Assembly: GCA_023254095.1 (NCBI GenBank)
Contig: JALNLM010000003.1
Coordinates: 1 to 64,000 of the forward strand
DNA length: 64,000 bases
DNA from: Candidatus Geocrenenecus huangii
GTDB lineage: Archaea > Thermoproteota > Nitrososphaeria_A > Caldarchaeales > Wolframiiraptoraceae
Direction: 5' to 3'
Shown: piece after piece, positions 17,976 to 26,928 of the stretch
How the letters are laid out: the number at the start of each line of letters is the position of its first letter
How positions within the stretch are numbered: position 1 is the stretch's first letter
Notes under the pieces: model-generated
Told to the model about the DNA's origin: nothing
Databases searched by the model: none
What the model saw: only the letters and a program-made list of their open reading frames with translations
Made by a program: the position numbers and the translations under genes

Positions 17976-19781
17976 TCAAGAAATATACCATCTTGTTCCA
18001 GATGGAGTGTCTTCTAGGGATATTCCTATATTCTTTAGCTTTTCTCGAATTTCATCTGCTAAAGCGTACTCCTTCTTTTGCCGAAGCTTGTTTCTAACGT
18101 CTACTATCAACTTTATCAGCTCGACGATTCTTTGATCATCTAGTTTCATGATGTCTTTTTGGAGAATCCCAAGTATGCTTCCAAGCTCTCTAAATACACT
18201 TACAATCTCATCTGCTAGGTTCTTGTTTATTTCCTTATTCTCTTGACAGTACTTGAATAATGATGTAGCGAAATCGTGTAGTGCAGCTATGGCTTTAGGT
18301 GTATCGAAGTCGTCATCCATAGCATCTAAGAACTCCTTCTTTGCAAGTTGTAGTTTCGCTCTAATCTCTTCTGTTCCAGGAAGATTTTTTTCGGTTTTAG
18401 GCATCATACGAGCATAACGTATAACATTGTATAATCTCTCAAGTCCCTGCTCAGCTTGTTTTATAGGTGTTTCGATTAGGTGTTCAGGCTTAATGGGATT
18501 CAACGGATCAGGGTCGAATGGAAGTACAAGATCCATTCTATGCCTATATCTCGTTAATAGTACCCAGTATCTCAAGACTTCTGGGTCGAATACCTTCAGA
18601 GCATCTCTAACAGTTATGTAGTTTCCAAGAGATTTAGACATCTTCTTACCATTAACTGTTAATACATCTGTATGTATCCATGATCTGACCCATGGTTTGA
18701 TATTTGTATATGCTTCAGCCTGAGCTATCTCTGCTTCATGATGAGGGAACATCAATTCTTTAGCTCCTCCATGTATATCTATTTGGGAGCCGAGCAGCCT
18801 CAAGATAATCGTTGTATCTTCGATATGCCAGCCAGGTCTTCCTAAACCCCATGGAGAAGACCAGCATGGTTCTTTCGGGTAGCCTTTCCTTATCTTTCTC
18901 CATAGAGCCCAGTCTGCATCATTCTTCTTATTTGGGTCAGGCTCAATCCTATATACTCTATACTCTCTAGCTGGATTAACTCTTGAAAGCTTACCATAAT
19001 CTTCGAACTTCGATGAATCAAAATACAATGCATTCACAGTATCGTATGCGTACCCTTTCTCTTCTAATCTACGTGCAACTTCTATTATCTCAGGGATAAA
19101 GTCGCTCGCTCTAGCAAATAATGTAACAGTAATTATCTTGAGGGCGAGCAGGTCTTCCCTGAAGTATTCTTCAAATTCTCTTGCTAAACCTAGAGGGTCG
19201 AGCCTACTTCCTCGAGCCAATAATTCTTCAATTATTTTCTTACCATTCTCTGATATACGTATCTCGCTGTCGGACGTTAATCTATCTGTAAGAGAAGCAT
19301 ATTCTTCTTCCAAGGTCCTCTTTTCATCCTCATCCTCTGTCAGAGACATCTTCTTCTCTAATTCTATTAATTGTTTCCTAAGATCTGTTATGCCGGCCAC
19401 TTCAACATAACCTGATTTCACCAACTCGATTATTCTATCTTTCATGTACTCTAATCCAATCTCGAGATTATTCATTATCTCACTTATTCTTCTATCAGAA
19501 TCTTTGAGAAGATTGAGGATCCGTCTATCGACCGACCGGTTTATTATCTTATCATCTACGTCTGTAATATTCATCAAGAAAAAGACCGTGTATCCCTTAT
19601 AGGTTAGATATCTGGCTAAGACATCATAAAAGATGTAAGTCTTCATATGGCCGAGATGCATATAATCATATACCGTCGGTCCACAAACATACATGAACAC
19701 TTTACTCCCACTATTAGGAGTGAATTCCTCAACCTCTCTCGTTAAAGAATTATAGATCCTCAATTTTTTATCGGTTACCAT
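17976..19781 (-). CDS. cysS: Cysteinyl-tRNA synthetase with a ~110-aa insertion
   Basis: CGPTVY, HLGH, NITDVDDKII, GRPGWHIED, FPHHEAE, KMSKS and ADEIREKL motifs. Confidence 0.95.
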   Translation of the reverse strand: MVTDKKLRIYNSLTREVEEFTPNSGSKVFMYVCGPTVYDYMHLGHMKTYIFYDVLARYLTYKGYTVFFLMNITDVDDKIINRSVDRRILNLLKDSDRRISEIMNNLEIGLEYMKDRIIELVKSGYVEVAGITDLRKQLIELEKKMSLTEDEDEKRTLEEEYASLTDRLTSDSEIRISENGKKIIEELLARGSRLDPLGLAREFEEYFREDLLALKIITVTLFARASDFIPEIIEVARRLEEKGYAYDTVNALYFDSSKFEDYGKLSRVNPAREYRVYRIEPDPNKKNDADWALWRKIRKGYPKEPCWSSPWGLGRPGWHIEDTTIILRLLGSQIDIHGGAKELMFPHHEAEIAQAEAYTNIKPWVRSWIHTDVLTVNGKKMSKSLGNYITVRDALKVFDPEVLRYWVLLTRYRHRMDLVLPFDPDPLNPIKPEHLIETPIKQAEQGLERLYNVIRYARMMPKTEKNLPGTEEIRAKLQLAKKEFLDAMDDDFDTPKAIAALHDFATSLFKYCQENKEINKNLADEIVSVFRELGSILGILQKDIMKLDDQRIVELIKLIVDVRNKLRQKKEYALADEIREKLKNIGISLEDTPSGTRWYIS

Positions 19782-19889
19782 CTTCCTCCATCTATCTCTA
19801 AGATAATTAGTTTTAAACTTTAACTAGATATTGAGTACTGTTTATGACTTTAGAAAAGAAAAATAGAGGTTTCTCATCTTGAACATCGG

Positions 19890-20606
19890 GTGATAGTGCT
19901 GAAGAGCGTTATTCTAGCTGGCGGTTTAGGTAAAAGGTTGAAACCATTAACAGATAAAATACCGAAAGCTCTTCTCCCGGTAGCCGGCAGATCAATCCTA
20001 GAATGGCAGATAGTCTGGCTGAGACATTATGGATTCCGCGATATCATCTTATGTGTTGGATATCTCTGGGAAGAGGTAAAGAATAAGATTCAAGACGGGA
20101 GCGAGTATGGGGTGGAGATTACGTACGTTGTAGAATCCGAGCCTCTAGGAACTGGTGGAGCATTAATGAATGCTAAGAAAGAACTTGAAGACGTAGAGAA
20201 ATTCATGGTAATTAATGGAGACATTTTAACCAACATTGATTTAATAGAGTTTTCTAGATGCGCAGTAGGAGATGTTGGAACTATAGGCCTCGTCCCTCTA
20301 CCTTCACCATTCGGTATAGTTGATTATGATAAGGATACGCTAAAGATTAAATCATTTATAGAGAAGCCTAGGATAAAAGATTACTGGATAAATGCTGGGG
20401 TATACATTTTTAGAAATGAAGTATTCAGGTACCTCCCAAGGAAGGGGGATATTGAAAGGACTGCCTTCCCGAAGCTAGCTGGAGAATGTAAGCTTAACGC
20501 TGTAACTTTCCCACAAGTGTACTGGACCAGTATAGACAGTCATAAGGATCTAGAAGAAGCCTCAAAGAGCATTCTTGGGGTTCATCCATTCTGTTTATAT
20601 GTATAG
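19890..20606 (+). CDS. Sugar-phosphate nucleotidyltransferase
   Basis: ILAGGLGKRLKPLT, PKAL, EPLGTGGAL and INAGVY motifs. Confidence 0.9.
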   Translation: MIVLKSVILAGGLGKRLKPLTDKIPKALLPVAGRSILEWQIVWLRHYGFRDIILCVGYLWEEVKNKIQDGSEYGVEITYVVESEPLGTGGALMNAKKELEDVEKFMVINGDILTNIDLIEFSRCAVGDVGTIGLVPLPSPFGIVDYDKDTLKIKSFIEKPRIKDYWINAGVYIFRNEVFRYLPRKGDIERTAFPKLAGECKLNAVTFPQVYWTSIDSHKDLEEASKSILGVHPFCLYV

Positions 20607-20642
20607 TGAAAAAGGAGAAATACAGCATCTTTACGTATTCTA

Positions 20643-20957
20643 GTGATGAATAGCCAGAATATACAGATAAAGATTGAGGTAGAAGATTTTGAACAACTAG
20701 TTCTATTGAGCTCAGTCATGCCAGTATCTCTAATCAACATAGACGTAGAGAAGAAGATTGCATTCGTCTTTCTGCAGCCTCTCGCTTCGACACTACCCGT
20801 AATCTATTTTTCCAGATTGGACAAGATACCTCAGAATAAATTCGTTTATATAAATAGAGTGACTGGCAAGATAAAGTATGGAGATGAATTCTCCACGGAA
20901 CCCAACGATATTACGATACCCTTAGTGAGAGTGAAAAGTAGAGACTCGATAGTATAA
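20643..20957 (+). CDS. Hypothetical protein
   Basis: 104-aa ORF co-oriented with its neighbours, typical protein composition. Confidence 0.6.
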   Translation: MMNSQNIQIKIEVEDFEQLVLLSSVMPVSLINIDVEKKIAFVFLQPLASTLPVIYFSRLDKIPQNKFVYINRVTGKIKYGDEFSTEPNDITIPLVRVKSRDSIV

Positions 20958-21111
20958 CTCGAACCGTGAAAGTCCATGTTCCTAGAATAAGTATGAGGAT
21001 TGTACTGGAGACCTCAATAAGAATCCCCCGACATTTCAGCCGTACTTTTCAAAAATATATTCTCAAGCTTTATTAGATCCAGATTTATTTACTTCTCTGT
21101 AGAACATCATC

Positions 21112-23400
21112 TTGGAAGAAATGAAGATTACCGGGGAATTTCTACTTTTAGATGTTGCCGTTGAAGTAGAGAACGGTAAGCCCAGTATCTGGCTTTGGTG
21201 TAAAGATAGGAATGGGGAAACCTACGTCGTTAAACAAGCGTATTCTCCTAGTTTCTACATAGTATCAGATAAGACTGGAGAAGTTCTCGAAACATTAAGG
21301 AGTCAGCAACTCAGGGTTGAAGAAGTTGATAGAAAAATTAGAGGTAGAAACGTTAAAGCTGTCAGAGTCTTTGTAGATGTAGAGGACGTCGAATCCGCCG
21401 CAAGGAAGATTACTAGAAATCTAAGAAATGTCGAGGTTTTTGAAGAAGACATTAGAACGTCTGTGAAGTACCTGATAGAGAGAGGCTTGAAACCATCTGG
21501 TGGAATAAGAGTTGAGGGGAAATTAACCGAGGATAAAGAATTTAAGGTCATTGAAGCTGAGAAAGTTGAATACGTACCAGACATTATCCCCTCTCCTCTC
21601 CGAGTCTTATCTTTTAATGCAGTATACTATTCTAAGAGTGGTTCTCCACGACCTGAGAGAGACCCGATTATATTAATCTCTATCGCAACATCGAAGGGGT
21701 CGAGAGTCCAGTTGACGGGGGATGAAAGAAAGATAATACAAGAATTCCTGAAGATTATCGAAAAAGAGGATCCAGACGTTATAGTAGGTTTCTCCTCGAA
21801 TAGGATTCACTGGAACTATCTAATGGAGAGAGCACGTATACATGGGTTAAAGCTTACAGTTGGGAGACTCAGCTCAGAGCCTCATACGAGCATTCATGGA
21901 CACGTATCCATTAGAGGTAGGCTAAACATAGACTTTGAGGACATGGCTAGAGATATCCCTGAACTAACCGTTGAGACATTAGAAGAATTTGTAAACTACC
22001 TGGGTTTACAATACACTTTTGACGTAGTTGAAGATTGGGAAATAGCTGATACATGGGAGAAGAATCCAGAAAAGGTCAAGAGATACTCTCTACAGATAGT
22101 AGAAGCGTTATTGAGATGTTATGAAGCGTTGGTAGATTTCGTATTCAGCCTGAGCGAGTTAACAGGGATGCCCGCCGACTATGTTCTTACAGCCTCCACG
22201 GGCTTCAGGGTAGAGAATTATCTGATGTACCTCGCTGTAAGAAACAGTGAGTTGATCCCTAAGAAACCTGAAATCTCTCACGTATCATATGTAGGCGGCC
22301 TTGTCAAGAGCCCTCACCCTGGACTACATAAGAATGTTGTTGTAGTAGATTTCAGGTCGATGTATCCAAGCTTGATGATCAAGTACAATATCTCCTTCGA
22401 TACTCTAAGCGAGGATGGAGAGTATGTTTCCCCGAACAATTATAGATTCCGCAGGGAGCCTGAAGGGTTCCTCCCACATGCATTGAAAACATTGGTATCT
22501 GAGAGGAGGCAGATACAAGAGAGGCTGAAGAATCTCGACCTCGAATCTGTTGAGGCAAAAGTATTGAATGCACGTCAAAAAGCTATTAAAGTAATCACTA
22601 ACGCCGTATATGGCTATACTGGATGGGTTGGAGCTAGATGGTATACTCGGGAGGTAGCAGAAGCTACCACGAGCTGGGGTAGGCAGGTAATACTGGAATC
22701 AATCAAGAAAGCCGAAGAACTTGGTATGAGGGTCATATACTCTGATACAGATTCGCTCTTCCTACAAGACCACGCTGGAAAGCTTGAAGCTTTCCTTAAA
22801 TGGATAGAAGATGAACTTGGCCTTGAAGCTAAAGTTGACAAGATCTATAAACGTGTAATCTTCACAGAGGCTAAGAAAAAATATGCAGGAATAACTGAAG
22901 ACTCAAGAATAGATATTGTTGGGTTGGAGGCTGTTAGAGGAGATTGGAGTTTAATAGCTAGAGAGGCACAGAAAGAAACCGTTAAAACATTACTGGAGAC
23001 GGCCGATGTACAAGAAGCATTAAAAGCTTCTAGAAAATATGTAAAGAAGCTAATGAATGGAGATGTGGAATTAAGGCAGTTGATAATATGGAAGCAGATA
23101 ACGAGACCGCTAGATGAGTATGAAGCTACTCAGCCACATATAGTTGTAGCACGCCAATTAATACAAGAGGGGTGGAGGATACAGCCTGGAGATAAAGTAG
23201 GGTACATCGCCGTCCGAGGGGGAGGACCACTATATAGGAGAGTTAAAGTATACTTTAAGGTTAGTAAAGAAGAAGTCGACTGGGAGTATTACTTAGATAA
23301 GCAGGTTATACAAGCATGTATTCGCATTCTTGAACCATTAGGGGTTAAGCCTGAAGAATTGAAGAAGATTGGGGAAGTCTCTTTAACAGATTTTCTCTAA
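21112..23400 (+). CDS. polB3: Family B DNA polymerase (PolB3-type), exonuclease motifs degenerate
   Basis: Polymerase motifs DFRSMYPS, KVITNAVYGY, YSDTDS and KKKYAG are intact. C-terminal PIP-like SLTDFL. Confidence 0.88.
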   Translation: MEEMKITGEFLLLDVAVEVENGKPSIWLWCKDRNGETYVVKQAYSPSFYIVSDKTGEVLETLRSQQLRVEEVDRKIRGRNVKAVRVFVDVEDVESAARKITRNLRNVEVFEEDIRTSVKYLIERGLKPSGGIRVEGKLTEDKEFKVIEAEKVEYVPDIIPSPLRVLSFNAVYYSKSGSPRPERDPIILISIATSKGSRVQLTGDERKIIQEFLKIIEKEDPDVIVGFSSNRIHWNYLMERARIHGLKLTVGRLSSEPHTSIHGHVSIRGRLNIDFEDMARDIPELTVETLEEFVNYLGLQYTFDVVEDWEIADTWEKNPEKVKRYSLQIVEALLRCYEALVDFVFSLSELTGMPADYVLTASTGFRVENYLMYLAVRNSELIPKKPEISHVSYVGGLVKSPHPGLHKNVVVVDFRSMYPSLMIKYNISFDTLSEDGEYVSPNNYRFRREPEGFLPHALKTLVSERRQIQERLKNLDLESVEAKVLNARQKAIKVITNAVYGYTGWVGARWYTREVAEATTSWGRQVILESIKKAEELGMRVIYSDTDSLFLQDHAGKLEAFLKWIEDELGLEAKVDKIYKRVIFTEAKKKYAGITEDSRIDIVGLEAVRGDWSLIAREAQKETVKTLLETADVQEALKASRKYVKKLMNGDVELRQLIIWKQITRPLDEYEATQPHIVVARQLIQEGWRIQPGDKVGYIAVRGGGPLYRRVKVYFKVSKEEVDWEYYLDKQVIQACIRILEPLGVKPEELKKIGEVSLTDFL

Positions 23401-23449
23401 AGATAACTATACTGTGAACATAGATGCATGAGAACCCTCTTCCAGACTA

Positions 23450-24346
23450 TTATTGATAGTTTTCTAATTCTAGAAATCTTTGAAGAAACTCCTTGAGATC
23501 TTCGTATGGTTTGCCTTTTAAGAGTGAGAAGCCATGCGTTTCTCCTTCATAGAGCTTAACTACATAGTTTTTCTTACCCAGTTTTTGAAATGCCTCCCCA
23601 AGTAAAACACTGTGTTCCGGAGGGATCGTTTCATCTCTTAATCCATGCATCAACAACACATTTCCTTTAATCTTCCCAGCATTATTCAAGGGAGATAATT
23701 CCCTGATTACTAACGTCTTGTTGAGTCCGTTTCCCTCAATGTATCTCATCAAGCTAGTGTAATAGCGGCCCCACTCAGCCCATAAACCAGGTTCTTTCCT
23801 AGCATGATTGAACAAAGCATCTAGGTCTGTTGGTGCATACGCGGCCACAACACATTTTACACTTGTCATCGCTCCTGCCATCAACGCAAGATATCCTCCC
23901 CTACTCGCCCCGATTAGACATGTTCTCTCGTAATCCACGAGATGTCTAGCCTCAATATACTCGAAAGCTTGGACAACGTAGTTTACCTCATCTATCAATG
24001 TAAGATTATCAGGGTAATCGATGGAGATAATTGTAAATCCCAAGCCTCCCAGTTTATCATAGAAGCTTCTACAATATTCAACGGCCACCTCACTGGATGC
24101 TCTACCACCGTGTATTATTATTAATCCTGGAGTAGAGTCTGATTTACGACCGCATATAATCAATCTACCGACACCTACTGTTTCTTCTTGGAATTTTGGA
24201 ATTGTGCTTACCCCGAAAGTAATCATAGTGAATAACATAAGAACCGCTACGAAGATTATTGAAGATAACAAGATGACAACTAGTAATCTATGTATCCTGA
24301 TCTTCAATCTTCCCTTAACCCTCCTCAGAGTTCTTAATCTATACAT
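23450..24346 (-). CDS. Membrane-anchored alpha/beta hydrolase (S9 peptidase/esterase-like)
   Basis: N-terminal TM, IHGG, GASRGG nucleophile elbow, HGLRDETI and HGF. Confidence 0.8.
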   Translation of the reverse strand: MYRLRTLRRVKGRLKIRIHRLLVVILLSSIIFVAVLMLFTMITFGVSTIPKFQEETVGVGRLIICGRKSDSTPGLIIIHGGRASSEVAVEYCRSFYDKLGGLGFTIISIDYPDNLTLIDEVNYVVQAFEYIEARHLVDYERTCLIGASRGGYLALMAGAMTSVKCVVAAYAPTDLDALFNHARKEPGLWAEWGRYYTSLMRYIEGNGLNKTLVIRELSPLNNAGKIKGNVLLMHGLRDETIPPEHSVLLGEAFQKLGKKNYVVKLYEGETHGFSLLKGKPYEDLKEFLQRFLELENYQ

Positions 24347-24509
24347 TATTTAAACTATGCAATAAGATTTTTCAGTACTAGTTAGGAGATAAATTGTCTC
24401 TTTGACATACCAGTCTATTTCCAACTATATTCTTTAACATGACGGGGCCTGTTAAATTAGTTATTATAGTGGTCTAGCTTAAGGTTAATTATGCGGTTGT
24501 GATTGGAAG

Positions 24510-25073
24510 ATGAGTAGGAATTATATCCTAGTCGGAATTGCGGGTTCAAGCGATAGAGACCTCGTAGAAGAAGCTGTCAAGAAAACGAGGAGATTTGCCC
24601 AGAGGTTATCTATGTATAAGGATGAAGTTAGACTGCTAAGTGGTGGAGACGGCGGTCTAATGAGAATAGCATGCGAAGAATTTGTTAAACATGGTGGAGA
24701 AACAATAGGCATTATTCCCATTGAGGATGAAGAAAGAAAACCTGGAGATCCAAGATATAATCCACATAATACTATGAGAATACTTACAGGAGTAACTTTC
24801 CAGACTAGAAGTATAATGCTCGTCCGCAGTAGTTACTCATTTGTAGTCCTAGGGGGCGGAGCAGGAACAATAATAGAAGCTTATCTTGCATATCTTTACG
24901 CTATACCACTCATAATTATGACTGGGACAGGATACCCCTCCGACAATCTCGAAAAAACATGTATTGATGGGTACTTAGACCATAGGAGGATAACTAGACC
25001 CTACTTTACGAGGGATCCTGAGGAGGCCGCAGACCTAGCTTACAAGTTTGGCTCTCAGAGACACCAACACTAG
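24510..25073 (+). CDS. LOG/SLOG-family protein (TIGR00725-like)
   Basis: SGGDGGLM, IGIIP and GGGAGTIIEA motifs. Confidence 0.8.
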   Translation: MSRNYILVGIAGSSDRDLVEEAVKKTRRFAQRLSMYKDEVRLLSGGDGGLMRIACEEFVKHGGETIGIIPIEDEERKPGDPRYNPHNTMRILTGVTFQTRSIMLVRSSYSFVVLGGGAGTIIEAYLAYLYAIPLIIMTGTGYPSDNLEKTCIDGYLDHRRITRPYFTRDPEEAADLAYKFGSQRHQH

Positions 25074-25099
25074 ACATATTTGATTAAATTATGTTCAGT

Positions 25100-25627
25100 T
25101 TACCTAAGCTGATAATATGCGCCTACTATTGCGAGTACTATCACTATGATGAGAGAGATGATCGGCGTTAACGGTATAATGAGGTTTATAGAGTATGTGA
25201 CGAGGAGCGCCCCGAGTATTGCTGTTCCAATAGATAAAAGCTTATTGAAGAGTATCAAGACCACCGCGAAGACTACCACGGCAATTACCAACGAAATGAC
25301 CCAGTCATGGAAATATGGATAAACAAACCTATACGCTAGATATCCTACTATCATTGCTCCAAGTAGCTGGATTAAAGCTATTGCTAATACTCCAGCAATT
25401 ATGAAGCCTAGAAGGGACATTATGTAGCTGAATGGTTCACCTATCTCTAACCACGGGACCACGTATTGATAGATTAGGATCGCTCCGATGATACCTCCAA
25501 CTATGAATGAAACTACTTTTACAAGCTTCCTCCCATAGAAGGTCATTATAAGACCCAGTATTATGAATAAAATAGCTAGAAAGAAATCTATTGATTGAAG
25601 ACTTACGTTCATCTGTAGAATCATCAC
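25100..25627 (-). CDS. Integral membrane protein (TM7S3/DUF4203-like)
   Basis: 6-7 TM segments with GLIMTFYG...FIVGG and a terminal GAYYQ. Confidence 0.65.
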   Translation of the reverse strand: MMILQMNVSLQSIDFFLAILFIILGLIMTFYGRKLVKVVSFIVGGIIGAILIYQYVVPWLEIGEPFSYIMSLLGFIIAGVLAIALIQLLGAMIVGYLAYRFVYPYFHDWVISLVIAVVVFAVVLILFNKLLSIGTAILGALLVTYSINLIIPLTPIISLIIVIVLAIVGAYYQLR

Positions 25628-25647
25628 AGGATCTCAATTCCCTCTAA

Positions 25648-26667
25648 CTAAATAAGTTTTCTTCTTATGTATTGTAGAATCTTCTTTTCTACATCGTATA
25701 TCTTAGCTCTTCCTCCCAAGTCAGGCGTTAGAGTATCTCCATCTTCTAGAATCTTCTCAACTACTTCTCTCAAATGTGTCGAGGCATCCATAAACTCTTT
25801 CCTACCCTTCTTGTATGATAGCCATTCGAGCATCATAGCTCCTGTAAGAATCTGTCCGAGTGGATCAGCATAGTCGGGTTCTATATCTGGTGCAGAGCCA
25901 TGTACAGGCTCGAATAATCCATACTCTTCGCTAATGTTCGCTGAACATGATAAACCTATCGACCCAACTAACCCAGCTGCTTCATCGCTTAAAATATCTC
26001 CGAACATATTCGGAGTTAATAGTACGTCAAACCTTTCAGGATTCACGATCAGCTGGTAGGCAGCATTGTCCACATACATATCTTCGATGTGTATGCCGTT
26101 GTATCTTCTTCCAACTTCGTATGCGATGTTCTTAAAGTATAGATAGCTCTTTAGAACATTTCCCTTATGGATTATGGCAACCTTTCTTCTCCTCCTTAGG
26201 GCCATGTCGAAGGCCACTTTAGCTATCCTCTCTGTCTTCTTCCTCGTTATGACTAGTAGCGATACTGCATAGTCTGGTCCGATATCTTCTACTCCCCGGT
26301 ACAGGTCTTCAGTATTTTCTCTAACAATCACTAAGTCTACGTTCTTCCAGTAAGTTTTGACGCCTCTAAAAGTCTTGAATGGGCGAATGTTCGCATAAAG
26401 ATCTAGATGTTGCCTAAGATATACTATTACTTCTTTGGCTGTTTCACCAACCGGGCCTTTAAGACATGCATCCGATGTGACGATCTTCTCAAGCGAAGAT
26501 TTAGGTAATGCGTCTCCAAAATCTCTTAAAGCGTTATCTCCTGCAGGTGCTTCAACGAACTCTAGTCCAAGATTGTATATGTCCGAGAGTTCTTCAAGTA
26601 TTCTAATTGTTGTGTTAACTATCTTGGGTCCAACACCGTCGCCAGGTATAACGCTGATCCTCACCAA
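25648..26667 (-). CDS. leuB: 3-isopropylmalate dehydrogenase (beta-decarboxylating dehydrogenase)
   Basis: PGDGVGP, RENTEDLY, NMFGDILSDEAA and FEPVHGSAPDI motifs; divergent from the leuA-ilv operon. Confidence 0.85.
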   Translation of the reverse strand: MVRISVIPGDGVGPKIVNTTIRILEELSDIYNLGLEFVEAPAGDNALRDFGDALPKSSLEKIVTSDACLKGPVGETAKEVIVYLRQHLDLYANIRPFKTFRGVKTYWKNVDLVIVRENTEDLYRGVEDIGPDYAVSLLVITRKKTERIAKVAFDMALRRRRKVAIIHKGNVLKSYLYFKNIAYEVGRRYNGIHIEDMYVDNAAYQLIVNPERFDVLLTPNMFGDILSDEAAGLVGSIGLSCSANISEEYGLFEPVHGSAPDIEPDYADPLGQILTGAMMLEWLSYKKGRKEFMDASTHLREVVEKILEDGDTLTPDLGGRAKIYDVEKKILQYIRRKLI

Positions 26668-26928
26668 TTCAGACTCGCATGAAAGAATCGGACCATGTAG
26701 GTTATATCTATTTTTCTCTGTGGATAGAATATTTTTATGCTAAGTTTATGAAGCTAATCTAGTTCTCAAAAAATTTAAATAGTATCAAGGACAGAAATCT
26801 ATCAACAAAAGCGTGGTGAGAATATTGCTCCAAATTCAGGACTACTAACTCAGCTGGAAAGTTTGTCGGCCGAGTCGTCAGGATTAAATATCTTTTCTCA
26901 TCTTGTTTCGCATATCATTCTTCTCTAG

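Noticed and set aside
18810-18840. CysRS WHIED instead of WHIEC as a sign of inactivation
   Set aside because: Asp at this zinc-ligand position occurs in other archaeal CysRS, and all other motifs are intact.
19206-19535. CysRS insertion as an intein or intron
   Set aside because: No N-terminal Cys/Ser block, no C-terminal His-Asn, no LAGLIDADG motif; the frame is continuous.
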